Part shown: positions 9,846-19,775 of the stretch, one piece after another
Layout: the number at the start of each line of letters is the position of its first letter
How positions within the stretch are numbered: position 1 is the stretch's first letter
DNA from: an uncultured Anaeromyxobacteraceae bacterium
GTDB taxonomy: Bacteria > Myxococcota_A > UBA9042 > DTJE01
Direction of reading: 5' to 3'
DNA length: 64,000 nucleotides
Assembly (NCBI GenBank): GCA_964573455.1
Contig: CAZNJW010000001.1
Coordinates: forward strand, 13,096 to 77,095
Program-made: the position numbers and the translations under genes
Notes under the pieces: model-generated
Database searches by the model: none
What the model was told of the DNA's origin: nothing
Seen by the model: the letters and a program-made list of their open reading frames with translations, nothing else

Positions 9846-11399
9846 ATGAACAAGCGCTTTCTGCTGGTCTTGCTGACTGCCGTCGCCTTCGCGGGATGTG
9901 GGACAGATCCCAATGTTGACAACGACATCGTTGGCGCGGATGACACGACCGACGAGGATGTGGTCGATCCCCTTGAGGACGTCGTGCTTCCGGATGGCGC
10001 GATCTGCATGCCCGGTACAGGCAGGTGTTCTGCCTCAAATTATCTCGTGTGTAAGGAAGACGGTTCGAACTACGACGTGATCCCCTGCAATGGCGGTTGC
10101 GACGACAGGACGGGCTGTAAAGACCAGCAGACATGCACTCCGCTGACCACCAGATGTAACGACGACGGCACGGTTCAGGTGTGCCTTGGCGACGGTTCTG
10201 AATGGTCCGAGGCGACAAACTGCCCTGAAGGCGAAGTTTGTATTGCTGGCGGCTGCATGACCGAGAGCTGCATCCCCGGCGCCAGTCAGTGCATCGGCAA
10301 CACGCTGGTCTCATGTGCCGGCGATCCGGCGAAATGGGTTGAGCAGGAATGCGGAACCAAGGCGATCTGCTTCAAGGGCGACTGCGTTGAATGTGTCAAC
10401 GACGATCAGTGCGCGCTCGGAAACGAGTGCCTGGACGGGCATTGCACTCCGGTTCCCCTGTCGATCGCCACTCCTTACCTGCCCGAAGGCCAGATCAAAA
10501 TAGCTTACAGCGCGACTCTCGAGGCGATGGGCGGAGTACCTGAGTACACGTGGTCGCTGGTGTCCGGCACAATGCCAACCGGCATCCTGATGTCGAACGA
10601 CGGCGCGATAAGCGGAACCCCGAGCCAGGCCGGCAACTACGAAGTCGTCATCGGCGTGACCGACTCCAAGGGCGCAACGGTGCAGAAGCCCTACGAGATC
10701 ATCATCCACGAGGAAGGTCTCAGCATCATCAGCAAGTCTCCGCTTCCCGACGCCGAGGAAGGCACGGACTACTCGTTCCAGTTCCAGGCGCTCGGTGGAA
10801 AGGCACCTTACGGGTGGATGATTATCGAGGGCGCTCTCCCGGACGGCTTGACTATGTCCTCTGACGGCGCGATCACCGGCATCCCGAACGCGCACGGGGA
10901 TTTCACATTCAAGGTCCGCGCCATCGACATCGATGATCCGCCGTCGTACGACTCCCGCGAGTTCACCCTGCACGTCGCGATCGCGCCGCTGGTGATTTAC
11001 GGCGACCAGGAATTCAACCTGTTCATCACAAAGGCGATCATTCTGCCAGTTATCACCACCGGCATCGGGCTGCCCTACAACGAACAGCTCAAGGCAAAGG
11101 GCGGCGTGAAGCCCTACACGTGGCAGGAATCGCAGATGTCGATGCTGCTCGAGATGCTGATCCCGAAGTCGGGCGTGCCGGAAGGACTGACGCTCAGTTC
11201 CGAGGGTGTCCTGTCAGGCAGGGTCACCAGTGTCGACGAGGCAGTCAAGCTCGACCTCAGTATGATTGGCATGGACTACGTGCTCGAGGGATTCTTCTTC
11301 ATGGCCACGGTGACCGACGCGCAGAACCCTGCCGATTCGGACCAGGCAATCTTCGTCATCCCGACCATTCCGATAGATCTCGGCGGCCTCGGAATCTGA
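9846..11399 (+). CDS. Lipoprotein with myxo-type cysteine-rich repeats and putative Ig (He_PIG/cadherin-like) domains
   Basis: MNKRFLLVLLTAVAFAGCG lipobox. About 5 Cys-rich repeats (C..G.C....C..DG....C..GC). Repeated 'LP.GL.MS.DGAI.G.P' Ig-like segments. Confidence 0.6.
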   Translation: MNKRFLLVLLTAVAFAGCGTDPNVDNDIVGADDTTDEDVVDPLEDVVLPDGAICMPGTGRCSASNYLVCKEDGSNYDVIPCNGGCDDRTGCKDQQTCTPLTTRCNDDGTVQVCLGDGSEWSEATNCPEGEVCIAGGCMTESCIPGASQCIGNTLVSCAGDPAKWVEQECGTKAICFKGDCVECVNDDQCALGNECLDGHCTPVPLSIATPYLPEGQIKIAYSATLEAMGGVPEYTWSLVSGTMPTGILMSNDGAISGTPSQAGNYEVVIGVTDSKGATVQKPYEIIIHEEGLSIISKSPLPDAEEGTDYSFQFQALGGKAPYGWMIIEGALPDGLTMSSDGAITGIPNAHGDFTFKVRAIDIDDPPSYDSREFTLHVAIAPLVIYGDQEFNLFITKAIILPVITTGIGLPYNEQLKAKGGVKPYTWQESQMSMLLEMLIPKSGVPEGLTLSSEGVLSGRVTSVDEAVKLDLSMIGMDYVLEGFFFMATVTDAQNPADSDQAIFVIPTIPIDLGGLGI

Positions 11400-11428
11400 G
11401 CCACTGCCCCTTACAACAACCATCTCAA

Positions 11429-12466
11429 TTACGAAGCGGGTCTTTCACCACGTTGCCTGTGTCGCCTGATTGCTCCACCAACGAGTACCGAAAGAAGATC
11501 GGGATAGGACATGCCGGCGGCGGCCGCCGCCTTTGGAAACAGTGACTTGTCGGTCATGCCGGGCAGCGTGTTCGTTTCAAGCGCCCAGATCGCCCCGTCA
11601 GGCTCGAGGATGAAATCGGTACGAGAGTATCCCGACAACATCAAAGCCCTGTGGGCCAGCAGGGCGGCCTCGCGCATCCTCCGCGCGGCATCCTCTTCCA
11701 CCCTGGCGGGACAGACTTCGTCGGCGGCCGCCGGGTCATACTTGCTGCCGTAATCGAAAAAGTCGGCCTTGTGAACGACTATCTCGATAATTGGCAGGGT
11801 TCGCGGCAATCCGGTCAAGAGGTCTTCCAGGACGGGAACCGAGAACTCGCGGCCCTTCTTGTAAGCCTCGAACACCAGCATGTCGGACGTGCCCCTGACT
11901 TGCCGGAGGCCATCATCGAAACGCTCCCGATCACGAACGATGGTCACCCCAAAGCTCGAACCTTCCCTGGTGGCCTTCAGCACCACCGGGATCCCCGTGA
12001 TGTCCAGAGCCGCATCAAGCGCGCGACGATCGTCAAGCTCGCGGCCCTGAAGCATCAGTCCCGCGGGAGTGGGCACTCCGCTGGCCTGGTAGACGGCCTT
12101 GGTGACCCACTTATCGATTCCCACCGCCGATCCTATCGAGTCGGAACCGACATACGGGAGGCTCATAAAGTCGCAAAGGGACTGTATCCGGCCGTCCTCG
12201 CCAACGGTACCGTGCAGTCCGATGAACACGCAGTCAGGCGCGATCGAGGCGATCATTCCAATCGCTTCCGCAAATGACATCGATGGCGCCGTGGCCAAGA
12301 GGTCGCCGGCATCCGGAAAAGACATCGAACCGTCACGTCCGATCACGCACGGGACAGGCTCGTAGCCGGCCGCAGGAAGATTCGTGATGATCGCCGCTCC
12401 GGTCATCATCGAGACATCGTGTTCACGTGAAACGCCGCCAAGGAAGACAAGTACTCGTGGTTTCAT
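11429..12466 (-). CDS. ddl: D-alanine--D-alanine ligase
   Basis: MKPRVLVFLGGVSREHDVS N-terminus and ATP-grasp fold motifs. ~345 aa. Confidence 0.85.
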   Translation of the reverse strand: MKPRVLVFLGGVSREHDVSMMTGAAIITNLPAAGYEPVPCVIGRDGSMSFPDAGDLLATAPSMSFAEAIGMIASIAPDCVFIGLHGTVGEDGRIQSLCDFMSLPYVGSDSIGSAVGIDKWVTKAVYQASGVPTPAGLMLQGRELDDRRALDAALDITGIPVVLKATREGSSFGVTIVRDRERFDDGLRQVRGTSDMLVFEAYKKGREFSVPVLEDLLTGLPRTLPIIEIVVHKADFFDYGSKYDPAAADEVCPARVEEDAARRMREAALLAHRALMLSGYSRTDFILEPDGAIWALETNTLPGMTDKSLFPKAAAAAGMSYPDLLSVLVGGAIRRHRQRGERPAS

Positions 12467-12498
12467 GAATTCGCCGCAAATGGTTGAGAAGCCGACGG

Positions 12499-13716
12499 TC
12501 ACCCGCCGTGGTGCCGGATCCGCACCGTGCCGGCCTTGATCACGGCCGCCACATGATCCGTCGCGTAATTATAGAACGGTTCCCTGAAGTCTACGCAGTC
12601 GAAGACCACCATGTCTGCCGGGGCTCCAGGCACGAGCGTGCCGAACACCGCGGGCAGGCCGAGCGCGGACGCAGCATCCGCTGTTATCGAACGCCACACC
12701 TCGGTCGCGGACATCTTCATGAAGCTCATGCCGAAAGTGCCCATCAACAGCAGATTGGATGTGACCGATGATCCCGGATTGAAGTCGGTCGAAAGCGCGA
12801 CCTTCATTCCCCCGTCGATGAAACGCCTGGCGTTCAGCCACTCGGGTCTGCACATGCTGACGGGACAGCCTGGAAGCAGGACGCCGGTCACGCCGGCGGC
12901 GGCCATGGCGGAGATGTCGCCGTCGCTGGAATGATCGAGGTGGTCGGCGGACACGGCGCCAAACTCGGCTGCGAGGGAGCTGGCGCCGGACGCGGAAAGC
13001 TGGTCCGCGTGAATCTTGACCCTCATGCCATGTTCAATGGCCGAGGACATGATTCGCCTGCTCTCCGCGACCGTGAAGGCGACCGTTTCGCAGAACACGT
13101 CGCAGAACGTGGCAAGCCCCCTCGACGCGACCTCGGGAATCCATCCCGATACGATCGAGTCGACGTGTGCGGTTCGATCGGCGGTTCCGGCCGGAATGGC
13201 ATGCGCGCCCAGAAAGGTGCGCACGACCGTAACAGGGACATGATTCTGAATCTGACCAGCAGCCTCAAGAATCTTGATCTCATCCTGAAGCGTCAGTCCA
13301 TAACCACTCTTTATCTCGAGCGTCGTGATCCCGGAACGAAGCATTGCCGTCGCCCGCGGAACCGCGAGTTCCACCAGCCGATCAATGGAGGCATTCCTGA
13401 CCGCCTCGACCGTGCGCTGGATCCCGCCTCCCCGACCGGCTATGGACTGGTAACTGACGCCTGTGGCACGCGCTTCGTACTCGTCGGCCCTGTTGCCGGC
13501 GTAAACCAGGTGCGTGTGACACTCGACCAGCCCGGGCGTGACAAGACCACCGCCCGCGTCGAGGCTCTCGATGCCGGCGGGAAACCCCGGACAATCCGTC
13601 TGAGAACCGCACCACGAAACGACGCCGTCACGCACCAGAACGGCCGCCGATTCAACCGGCGCACCGGAGATGGTCAGAAGGGTTCCGATATTGTGTATGA
13701 ACAGATCCGCGCCCAT
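12499..13716 (-). CDS. hutI: Imidazolonepropionase (amidohydrolase superfamily)
   Basis: LVECHTHLVYAGNRADEYEARATGVSYQSIAGRGGGIQRTV matches the HutI signature. Confidence 0.8.
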   Translation of the reverse strand: MGADLFIHNIGTLLTISGAPVESAAVLVRDGVVSWCGSQTDCPGFPAGIESLDAGGGLVTPGLVECHTHLVYAGNRADEYEARATGVSYQSIAGRGGGIQRTVEAVRNASIDRLVELAVPRATAMLRSGITTLEIKSGYGLTLQDEIKILEAAGQIQNHVPVTVVRTFLGAHAIPAGTADRTAHVDSIVSGWIPEVASRGLATFCDVFCETVAFTVAESRRIMSSAIEHGMRVKIHADQLSASGASSLAAEFGAVSADHLDHSSDGDISAMAAAGVTGVLLPGCPVSMCRPEWLNARRFIDGGMKVALSTDFNPGSSVTSNLLLMGTFGMSFMKMSATEVWRSITADAASALGLPAVFGTLVPGAPADMVVFDCVDFREPFYNYATDHVAAVIKAGTVRIRHHGG

Positions 13717-13741
13717 TGGTACCCCCGGAAAGAAGGACCAG

Positions 13742-14239
13742 TCACCTGGCGCCACCGCCAGCAGGAGCCACATCGGACTTCAAGAGCGCAGCGGCCTGGT
13801 CGATCCACGACTTGAGATTGTCACGATCGGGCAACTTCCCAAGTTCCGGGACCCTGTCCCTGACGGCCACGATTGCGGCAGCAAGTTCGTCGGGCTGCCT
13901 GGAAACCAGGACGGACAGATTTGTAACACCGGCATGGGTCATAATCCTGGCCACCTTGGGGCCGACACCGTCAAGGCGAAGCAAATCACAGAAGTCGTGC
14001 CAGCGCTGTACCTCGGCCGGCTTGACCTTCATCTTCGCGGCGAGGGAGGCGCGATCCTTACTGGTTCTGGTCCTGTTCCACAGCACGCGCGTCGAAGTGA
14101 TACCGTGGCCGGCGAGACGTGACGCGACAGTCTCGTCCACAAGTCCGGTCACCGCCACGTCGTAATGCCCGGCGAGGGCCGCCACCGGAAGGACCGACAG
14201 GACAATGGCCAGCAACAGAACGTGAATTCCCCGTTTCAT
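13742..14239 (-). CDS. Secreted DUF4332-like (helix-hairpin-helix) protein
   Basis: Signal peptide, then LLRLDGVGPKVARIMTHAGV HhH-like motif. Confidence 0.4.
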   Translation of the reverse strand: MKRGIHVLLLAIVLSVLPVAALAGHYDVAVTGLVDETVASRLAGHGITSTRVLWNRTRTSKDRASLAAKMKVKPAEVQRWHDFCDLLRLDGVGPKVARIMTHAGVTNLSVLVSRQPDELAAAIVAVRDRVPELGKLPDRDNLKSWIDQAAALLKSDVAPAGGGAR

Positions 14240-14280
14240 CGGTCAGTCTCCTGGAAAAGAGGTTGATTGAGCCGGTTGGG

Positions 14281-14982
14281 TCAGCGACCGCGTCTGGTTT
14301 CGGGAAGGAAGAAGGAGATGCCGAAGATGAACATCGGGTTCTGCGTCAGCTTGCTTTCTTCCTTCTCGCTGAGCGCGCGCTGCACCATATAGTCCCTGAC
14401 ATCGAAGTTGAGCGACAGGAGTTCGATCGGGAAGTATCTGAAACCACCACCGACCATGACCGCGAGAGCGGAACTGCCAGGGGGGTTATCCCAGTCGTAG
14501 TAGCTGACCGTTCCGAATCCGACCCCGGCGGTCAGATGGATATCCGCATACCCGAGATGCTTGCCACCCAGAACGATCTTACCCGCAAGCGGAACGAACG
14601 AGACCTTTCCCAGCACGAGCAGTCCAAGTCCTGAACGTCCAAAGCTGGCTACGTCCGGGTTGAGCGCCTGCTGGGAATCATCGTCCACCAGATCGCCGAT
14701 CATGCGGCCCTGCCCGGTTCGGAAACCGACACCGGCGTAACCGACTTCGACGCCCGCGGAGAAGAAATCGAAGAAGTGGTACTCGTATGAGAGCTGGAAC
14801 AGCAGGTCGGTATTGTATTTCTGATTGATGGTCACGCCGAATGCGGGCGTGATCTCGTGACGGCCCTTGCGCAGAAGCTTCTGGTTGCGGATCGCCGGAG
14901 CGTCAGCAAGATTGACCTCCTGCGAAACTGCGACCGCCGGAAAAACCACCAACGCAAGGATAATCGCTGCAATACGCTTCAT
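14281..14982 (-). CDS. Outer-membrane beta-barrel protein (myxo-type OMP, paralog A)
   Basis: Signal peptide MKRIAAIILALVVFPAVAVS, alternating beta-strand pattern. Shares SFVPLAGK and NFDVRDYMV blocks with the next gene. Confidence 0.55.
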   Translation of the reverse strand: MKRIAAIILALVVFPAVAVSQEVNLADAPAIRNQKLLRKGRHEITPAFGVTINQKYNTDLLFQLSYEYHFFDFFSAGVEVGYAGVGFRTGQGRMIGDLVDDDSQQALNPDVASFGRSGLGLLVLGKVSFVPLAGKIVLGGKHLGYADIHLTAGVGFGTVSYYDWDNPPGSSALAVMVGGGFRYFPIELLSLNFDVRDYMVQRALSEKEESKLTQNPMFIFGISFFLPETRRGR

Positions 14983-14996
14983 TGCCCGGCCCCCAA

Positions 14997-15662
14997 TCAT
15001 TTCGGATGCACGTACGTGTGCTTGAAGGGCATGAAGAAGCCCAGTCCGAGCGAGAAGACCACGTTGTTGACGAACTTGTCTTCAAGCGCGTAATTTTCCA
15101 TGTACATGTAATCGCGAATCTCGAAATTCACAGTCAGCCACTGGGTTGCCGCGAGCCGGAACCCGAATCCGAGGTTACCGGACCCATGGTAGTCGCCAAA
15201 AAGGGTCTTGGCCGCGCCGGCACCGGCTGTCATGTAGATATCCCAGTAAACCGGCTTGCCGTACTGCCCGAGCCAGAGGAACTTGCCGGTAAGCGGAACA
15301 AAGGATACGTTTGCGCCTACATAGAAATCCATGAGCCGAGCGTAGGAAACGTAATTGTCCAGGCTGCCATCGGAATCGTCCCTGGACCATCCGAAATACT
15401 TGATGTATTCAGCGCCGACGGCCACCCAGTCCTTGATATGAAAGCGAAGCTGGACACCCACGCCGACATGCTGCGTGACCGTCTCGTTCATCGGAAGGTT
15501 GAAGGTCGGCTCAATCTCGAACCGCATCGCCTTGATGAACGGCTTCTGCTGAAGGACAAGAATGCCCTCGTCCTTTTCGGACGCCTTGTCCTGCGCGAAG
15601 GCGGCACTGCCGACCATCGCGACAATCGCAAATAAAAATGCTGCGAAAACCCTTGTTCTCAT
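14997..15662 (-). CDS. Outer-membrane beta-barrel protein (myxo-type OMP, paralog B)
   Basis: Signal peptide MRTRVFAAFLFAIVAMVGSAAFA. SFVPLTGK and NFEIRDYMY blocks paralogous to the previous gene. Confidence 0.55.
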   Translation of the reverse strand: MRTRVFAAFLFAIVAMVGSAAFAQDKASEKDEGILVLQQKPFIKAMRFEIEPTFNLPMNETVTQHVGVGVQLRFHIKDWVAVGAEYIKYFGWSRDDSDGSLDNYVSYARLMDFYVGANVSFVPLTGKFLWLGQYGKPVYWDIYMTAGAGAAKTLFGDYHGSGNLGFGFRLAATQWLTVNFEIRDYMYMENYALEDKFVNNVVFSLGLGFFMPFKHTYVHPK

Positions 15663-15834
15663 TGGGCCCCCACTGGACACAAAGCCCCTTGCCGCCTGAG
15701 GGCCGATCGAGACAGCCCCGCCAGACACGGCACACCGCAAGGTCCGATGCGTTGCAATGTAACCGTCTACAGCTTCAACGTCAATAAGAAACGTGTGTAT
15801 TCCAACAGGCATCTGTCTTTGGAGCAGTAATTAG

Positions 15835-17217
15835 TCAGCGTACGTTGATCGTATACGGGAATTTCATGTTGGGACCGCTGAACTTATCGAAGGAGATCGC
15901 GCGGATGACGCCTTCAAGACACGCTCTGGCCGCGCCGGCGTTGGTCAACTTGACGCTGACGACACGTCCGGAACCCTCGATCTCGACGTTAGCCTTTGCC
16001 GTGTAGGGTATCGGATCGCCGTTACTACGAACGCACGAATCCATCGCGCCCTTTTTCGAGTTGAAGCCTTTCACGACCTGGCTGACAGTCAGCTTCTCAG
16101 GCAGGTTGGACGAAGTGTCCGAGGAGGACGCTGTCTTCGTCGCAGTCGGGTCCTTCTTTCTGCCGGCATTCAACTGGGCCAACAAGGCATCCGCATCGTT
16201 GGCGGAAGCAACGGGGTCGGGTTTCTTGACTGTCGTCGTTGTCGTTGGCTTTGTCTCGGCCTGTTCCTGCTTCGGTGCGGTCGTGGTCGTCGGCTTCGCG
16301 TCGACAGCCGGCTTCTTCACGGCGACCGGCTCGGTCTTTTTGGGCACGGCCTTCTCGGCGACCTGGGTGGCCGGCTCGGCCTGGGCCGGCTGGGCAGCCT
16401 GGTCCGGCTGAGCTGGCTGGGCAGCCTGGTCCGGCTGAGCCGGCTGGGCAGCCTGAACCGGCTGAACCGGCTGAGCCGGCTGGGTTGCCTGACCGGGGGT
16501 TAATTCGGTGGCCGGCGGCAGCTTGGGCCCACCGACGATATTCTTGTTCTTCATCAGCTGCCACGCCACGAAGGCACCGGCACCGACAACGATTACGATA
16601 ATCAGACCGATCAAAAGGCCGGTCACACCAGCCTTGGTCTTCTTCTTGCGGGCAAGAGCCTCGGCTACTCGCTGAACCTCGGCCTCGTCGAAGGAAATCA
16701 TGCCGGCCGCGGCGGATCCGCGGGACGCGGCGGCTGGTTCCTCTTCAAGGCTGCGCACGTCAACGACGTCGGCTTCCTTGACGGAGCCCTGGCTGCGCGT
16801 TGCCTTACGCTGTTTGTAGTCATCGAGGGAGAACAGAACCGAAGTCTCGCGGCGCTGCCAGACCATGCCGGGCTCGCCGCCCTGGCCGCCACCGAATGCC
16901 TGGGCAAATTCCTCGACCTCTCCAGCTTTCTTCCATGCCTCGAAGCCCTGCCGCCACACGAATCCGGTCGAAGATAGCTCTCCGCCGGAGATCATCTTCA
17001 AAACGGCTGCTGTATCGAACGGACCCTTGCGTTCACGCCCGACAACCACAAACCACTGAATCTGATCCCCGGAGCCTTTGTCGCCGCCTTGTTCGAGTTC
17101 AACCTCGACTGTGGAGCCACAAGCGGGGCAGACGGTATCGAAACTCGACTTGTCCTTGGGCAGGTCGCTGTCAGCCATATCCCAGGAGTTGCTGCAATCA
17201 GAGCAGGTAACCTTCAT
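15835..17217 (-). CDS. Zinc-ribbon / GYF(DUF4339) / Pro-Gln-rich repeat protein with AgmX/PglI-type C-terminal domain
   Basis: N-terminal MKVTCSDCSNSW...CPACGS zinc ribbon. WFVVVGRERKGPFDTAAVLKMISGGELSSTGFVWRQGFEAWKKAGEV GYF-like domain. TM helix. (QAAQPAQPD)n repeats. C-terminal domain resembling the Myxococcus AgmX/PglI tail. Confidence 0.6.
   Translation of the reverse strand: MKVTCSDCSNSWDMADSDLPKDKSSFDTVCPACGSTVEVELEQGGDKGSGDQIQWFVVVGRERKGPFDTAAVLKMISGGELSSTGFVWRQGFEAWKKAGEVEEFAQAFGGGQGGEPGMVWQRRETSVLFSLDDYKQRKATRSQGSVKEADVVDVRSLEEEPAAASRGSAAAGMISFDEAEVQRVAEALARKKKTKAGVTGLLIGLIIVIVVGAGAFVAWQLMKNKNIVGGPKLPPATELTPGQATQPAQPVQPVQAAQPAQPDQAAQPAQPDQAAQPAQAEPATQVAEKAVPKKTEPVAVKKPAVDAKPTTTTAPKQEQAETKPTTTTTVKKPDPVASANDADALLAQLNAGRKKDPTATKTASSSDTSSNLPEKLTVSQVVKGFNSKKGAMDSCVRSNGDPIPYTAKANVEIEGSGRVVSVKLTNAGAARACLEGVIRAISFDKFSGPNMKFPYTINVR
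16380..16500. repeat. Tandem ~27-nt repeat encoding a (QAAQPAQPD)n linker
   Basis: ctgggcagcctggtccggctgagcYgg repeated at least twice plus degenerate copies, inside the CDS above. Confidence 0.7.
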
Positions 17218-17308
17218 CTCAAGCCTCCAGAACGCGGTTTCAGGGAACGGGAAAGCGCCATCGGCACAGTCGGGCCGGACAGTATTATATCCAACCGAGT
17301 CCTTTTGG

Positions 17309-18814
17309 CTATCGGTCTTTTGACGCGAATTCCAACTCAGGATTCTTCTCAAAATCCTCCTTGACGGAGAACTTCCGGTACACGGTCTGACGACGACGGA
17401 ACTGGCTTACGAGCAGGGGAACACGAGAATCGCAGAAATCAACGATCCGTCCGGCAACTTTGCCAGCCGACGGTCTGAGCGCGCGCCCCAGCATCTGCGT
17501 CGTCCTGGCGATATTACCGTTTGGCAATGTCAGCACGACAGTGTCCAGTGCGGGCAGGTCGAATCCTTCCCCAACCAGCGAACTGGTGGACACCAGCACC
17601 TTGAAAGCCCCCTCGCGGAAGGCGGCCAGGAGCGCGTTGCGATCATCCCTGGCCACGGCACCGGTCAGAACCTCGGCTCGAACCCCGGCAACGAGAAGCA
17701 GCTGCTTCAATTTTTCACAATGATCTACACGCTCGGAAAGAACAAGTGTCCTTTCCCCCATGTGACGCACCACTGCCCCGACGACCAGTTCGTTACGCCT
17801 GCGATCGCCGGCGATACGCGTGATCAACCTGCCGTAGTCCTTAGTGTAACGTGTCGAGTAAACCGTCTCGACCCCGATCACCTCGACCGGAGTGATGCTT
17901 CCTGAAATCATCAGGTTCCGGGGATCCACGCGACTGATGATCGGACCGAGGATGTCGTAGAGCACCGGGTGAAGGCGGTCCTTTCTGGATGGAGTCGCTG
18001 TCAGTCCGAAGCGGAAAGCTGCCGGGAATCCTCCGACGATGGTTCTGAACGAATCAGCGGGGCAGTGATGGGCCTCGTCGAGTATCACCATCCCGAACAT
18101 CGGATGAAGGGACGATAAATCCCTACGTGCCAGACTCTGAACCATCGCGACGGTCACGGCCCGCGGCTCATCCCGCCCGCCACCGATGATGCCGGGCTCG
18201 ACGCCCAGAAACCGCCTGATTGCCGCCACCGTCTGTTCAAGCAGAACCGACGTGTGAACGACGAACAGCGTGTTCAAGCCTGTAGCCGCCATCAGACCGC
18301 ACGCAATGACGGTCTTCCCGCTGCCGGTCGGGGCCTGAATCACACCCTGCGTGGCCTTGATCGCCTCGCTGACTGCCACAGTCTGGTAATCGCGCAGACC
18401 GGACGTGAGTCGGAATCCGCCGGACGAGGCTCTGACTGTATGGTCAAGCCACTCCTGATCAACATCTGGCTCATATTCCGCGAGCAGGCGACGGATGACA
18501 GGCTCGGCACCACGCGGCAGATGCCAGTTCAAGACACGTCGACATTCACTGACAGGGTTCGCGAAAAGATCCGGCGAGGGGTCCAGCGCAGGCGGCTCGA
18601 AATCCTCGGTTGCGGAAAATAGCGCCACCTGACGAGGAATGTGGCGGCATGGGCGCCTGAATCTGCGTGCATCGGCGTAAACCGGATTGTCCCTGACGAA
18701 CCTTATGGTCATGGCCTCGCGCAGGCGCTCGAGCCGCTCCGCTGGAACAGCGGCCAGCACATCCGAGATCAGGATTTCGCAGGATCTTGTTATCCTGAGC
18801 TTTCCAGAGGCCAT
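17309..18814 (-). CDS. SF2 DEAD/DEAH-box helicase (XPB/type III res-like) with N-terminal unknown domain
   Basis: Walker A APTGSGKT, DEAH box ILDEAHH, motif VI QMLGRALR. Confidence 0.75.
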   Translation of the reverse strand: MASGKLRITRSCEILISDVLAAVPAERLERLREAMTIRFVRDNPVYADARRFRRPCRHIPRQVALFSATEDFEPPALDPSPDLFANPVSECRRVLNWHLPRGAEPVIRRLLAEYEPDVDQEWLDHTVRASSGGFRLTSGLRDYQTVAVSEAIKATQGVIQAPTGSGKTVIACGLMAATGLNTLFVVHTSVLLEQTVAAIRRFLGVEPGIIGGGRDEPRAVTVAMVQSLARRDLSSLHPMFGMVILDEAHHCPADSFRTIVGGFPAAFRFGLTATPSRKDRLHPVLYDILGPIISRVDPRNLMISGSITPVEVIGVETVYSTRYTKDYGRLITRIAGDRRRNELVVGAVVRHMGERTLVLSERVDHCEKLKQLLLVAGVRAEVLTGAVARDDRNALLAAFREGAFKVLVSTSSLVGEGFDLPALDTVVLTLPNGNIARTTQMLGRALRPSAGKVAGRIVDFCDSRVPLLVSQFRRRQTVYRKFSVKEDFEKNPELEFASKDR

Positions 18815-18965
18815 CAACCCACCACATTGACCGTTCGACCGGCATGCCCGCCGCCACACGCCAGCCGGAGCAGGGCCGGGCGAGGCTGCATGATACATCT
18901 TTCATGCCTTGTGTGAATGACGACAAACCGTTATACATCTGATGACAAGGCGTTCCGGAGTGCCC

Positions 18966-19775
18966 ATGAGCACATTTAAAGATGACAAGCGATTTGAGCC
19001 GCGGCTGCCCTTCCCGATGAGAGCGGTACCCATCACTCCCGGCTACAAGCCGTGGAAGATCATCGACGTGTCGCCAGGCGGCGCCGGGATGACCGGCGAT
19101 CTGTCGCCGCGCATGGGAGAGTTCATCGACGTGATCCTCACCGCGCCCTTTCTTGAGCGCCCGGGCGCTGCCATCGACGTCGCGGCCACAGTCGAGGTTG
19201 TCCGCCAGATTACCGACGATAACGGCGGGGTCGAGGGAATCGGCATTGCCTGGATCAGCATCGTGTCCAGGGGACCTGTCTCGACATTCCGCGAATTCGT
19301 CAGGGGCATCCTGTGCATCCCGTCCGGATACTTCAGAAAGCTTCCCGGCGATGACATGTGGGAATACATCTTCCCCAGAGCGGCCAAACCAGTCACCGGA
19401 ACCGGAATACCGCCGACGGCCACAATCGACGCCGAACAGATCAAACACGCCGGCGTGTTCAAGGTCACCTTCCCTACAGTGTTTGAGACGGACAAGGTGA
19501 AAGGTGGCGGGTTCGCCATAAAAGTCATGACCCACGCAATGCGGATCGCCACCAGGAACCAGCCGCCGTCACCATACTCAAGAATCAGAATCGCGCTGAA
19601 GATCGGAGAACAACTCCTGGAACTGTCTGGAACGGTCGGAAACGTGAAGAAGGCGGCGGACGGCCAGGAGAGCCGCTTCGACGTTCAGCTTTCCCTGGGA
19701 AACAACCCTGGAGATCTGGCGACTTATCGGCGACACATCGAGGAACTGGCGGCCGCGGCCGACCGGGCTGGCTAG
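18966..19775 (+). CDS. PilZ-domain protein (putative c-di-GMP receptor)
   Basis: RFEPR ... DVSPGGAG matches the RxxxR / DxSxGG PilZ signature. Confidence 0.5.
   Translation: MSTFKDDKRFEPRLPFPMRAVPITPGYKPWKIIDVSPGGAGMTGDLSPRMGEFIDVILTAPFLERPGAAIDVAATVEVVRQITDDNGGVEGIGIAWISIVSRGPVSTFREFVRGILCIPSGYFRKLPGDDMWEYIFPRAAKPVTGTGIPPTATIDAEQIKHAGVFKVTFPTVFETDKVKGGGFAIKVMTHAMRIATRNQPPSPYSRIRIALKIGEQLLELSGTVGNVKKAADGQESRFDVQLSLGNNPGDLATYRRHIEELAAAADRAG

Noticed and set aside
9745-10973. Minus-strand ORFs (189 aa, 220 aa) within the Cys-rich-repeat lipoprotein gene
   Set aside because: Antisense frames. The plus-strand product has signal peptide and repeat structure.
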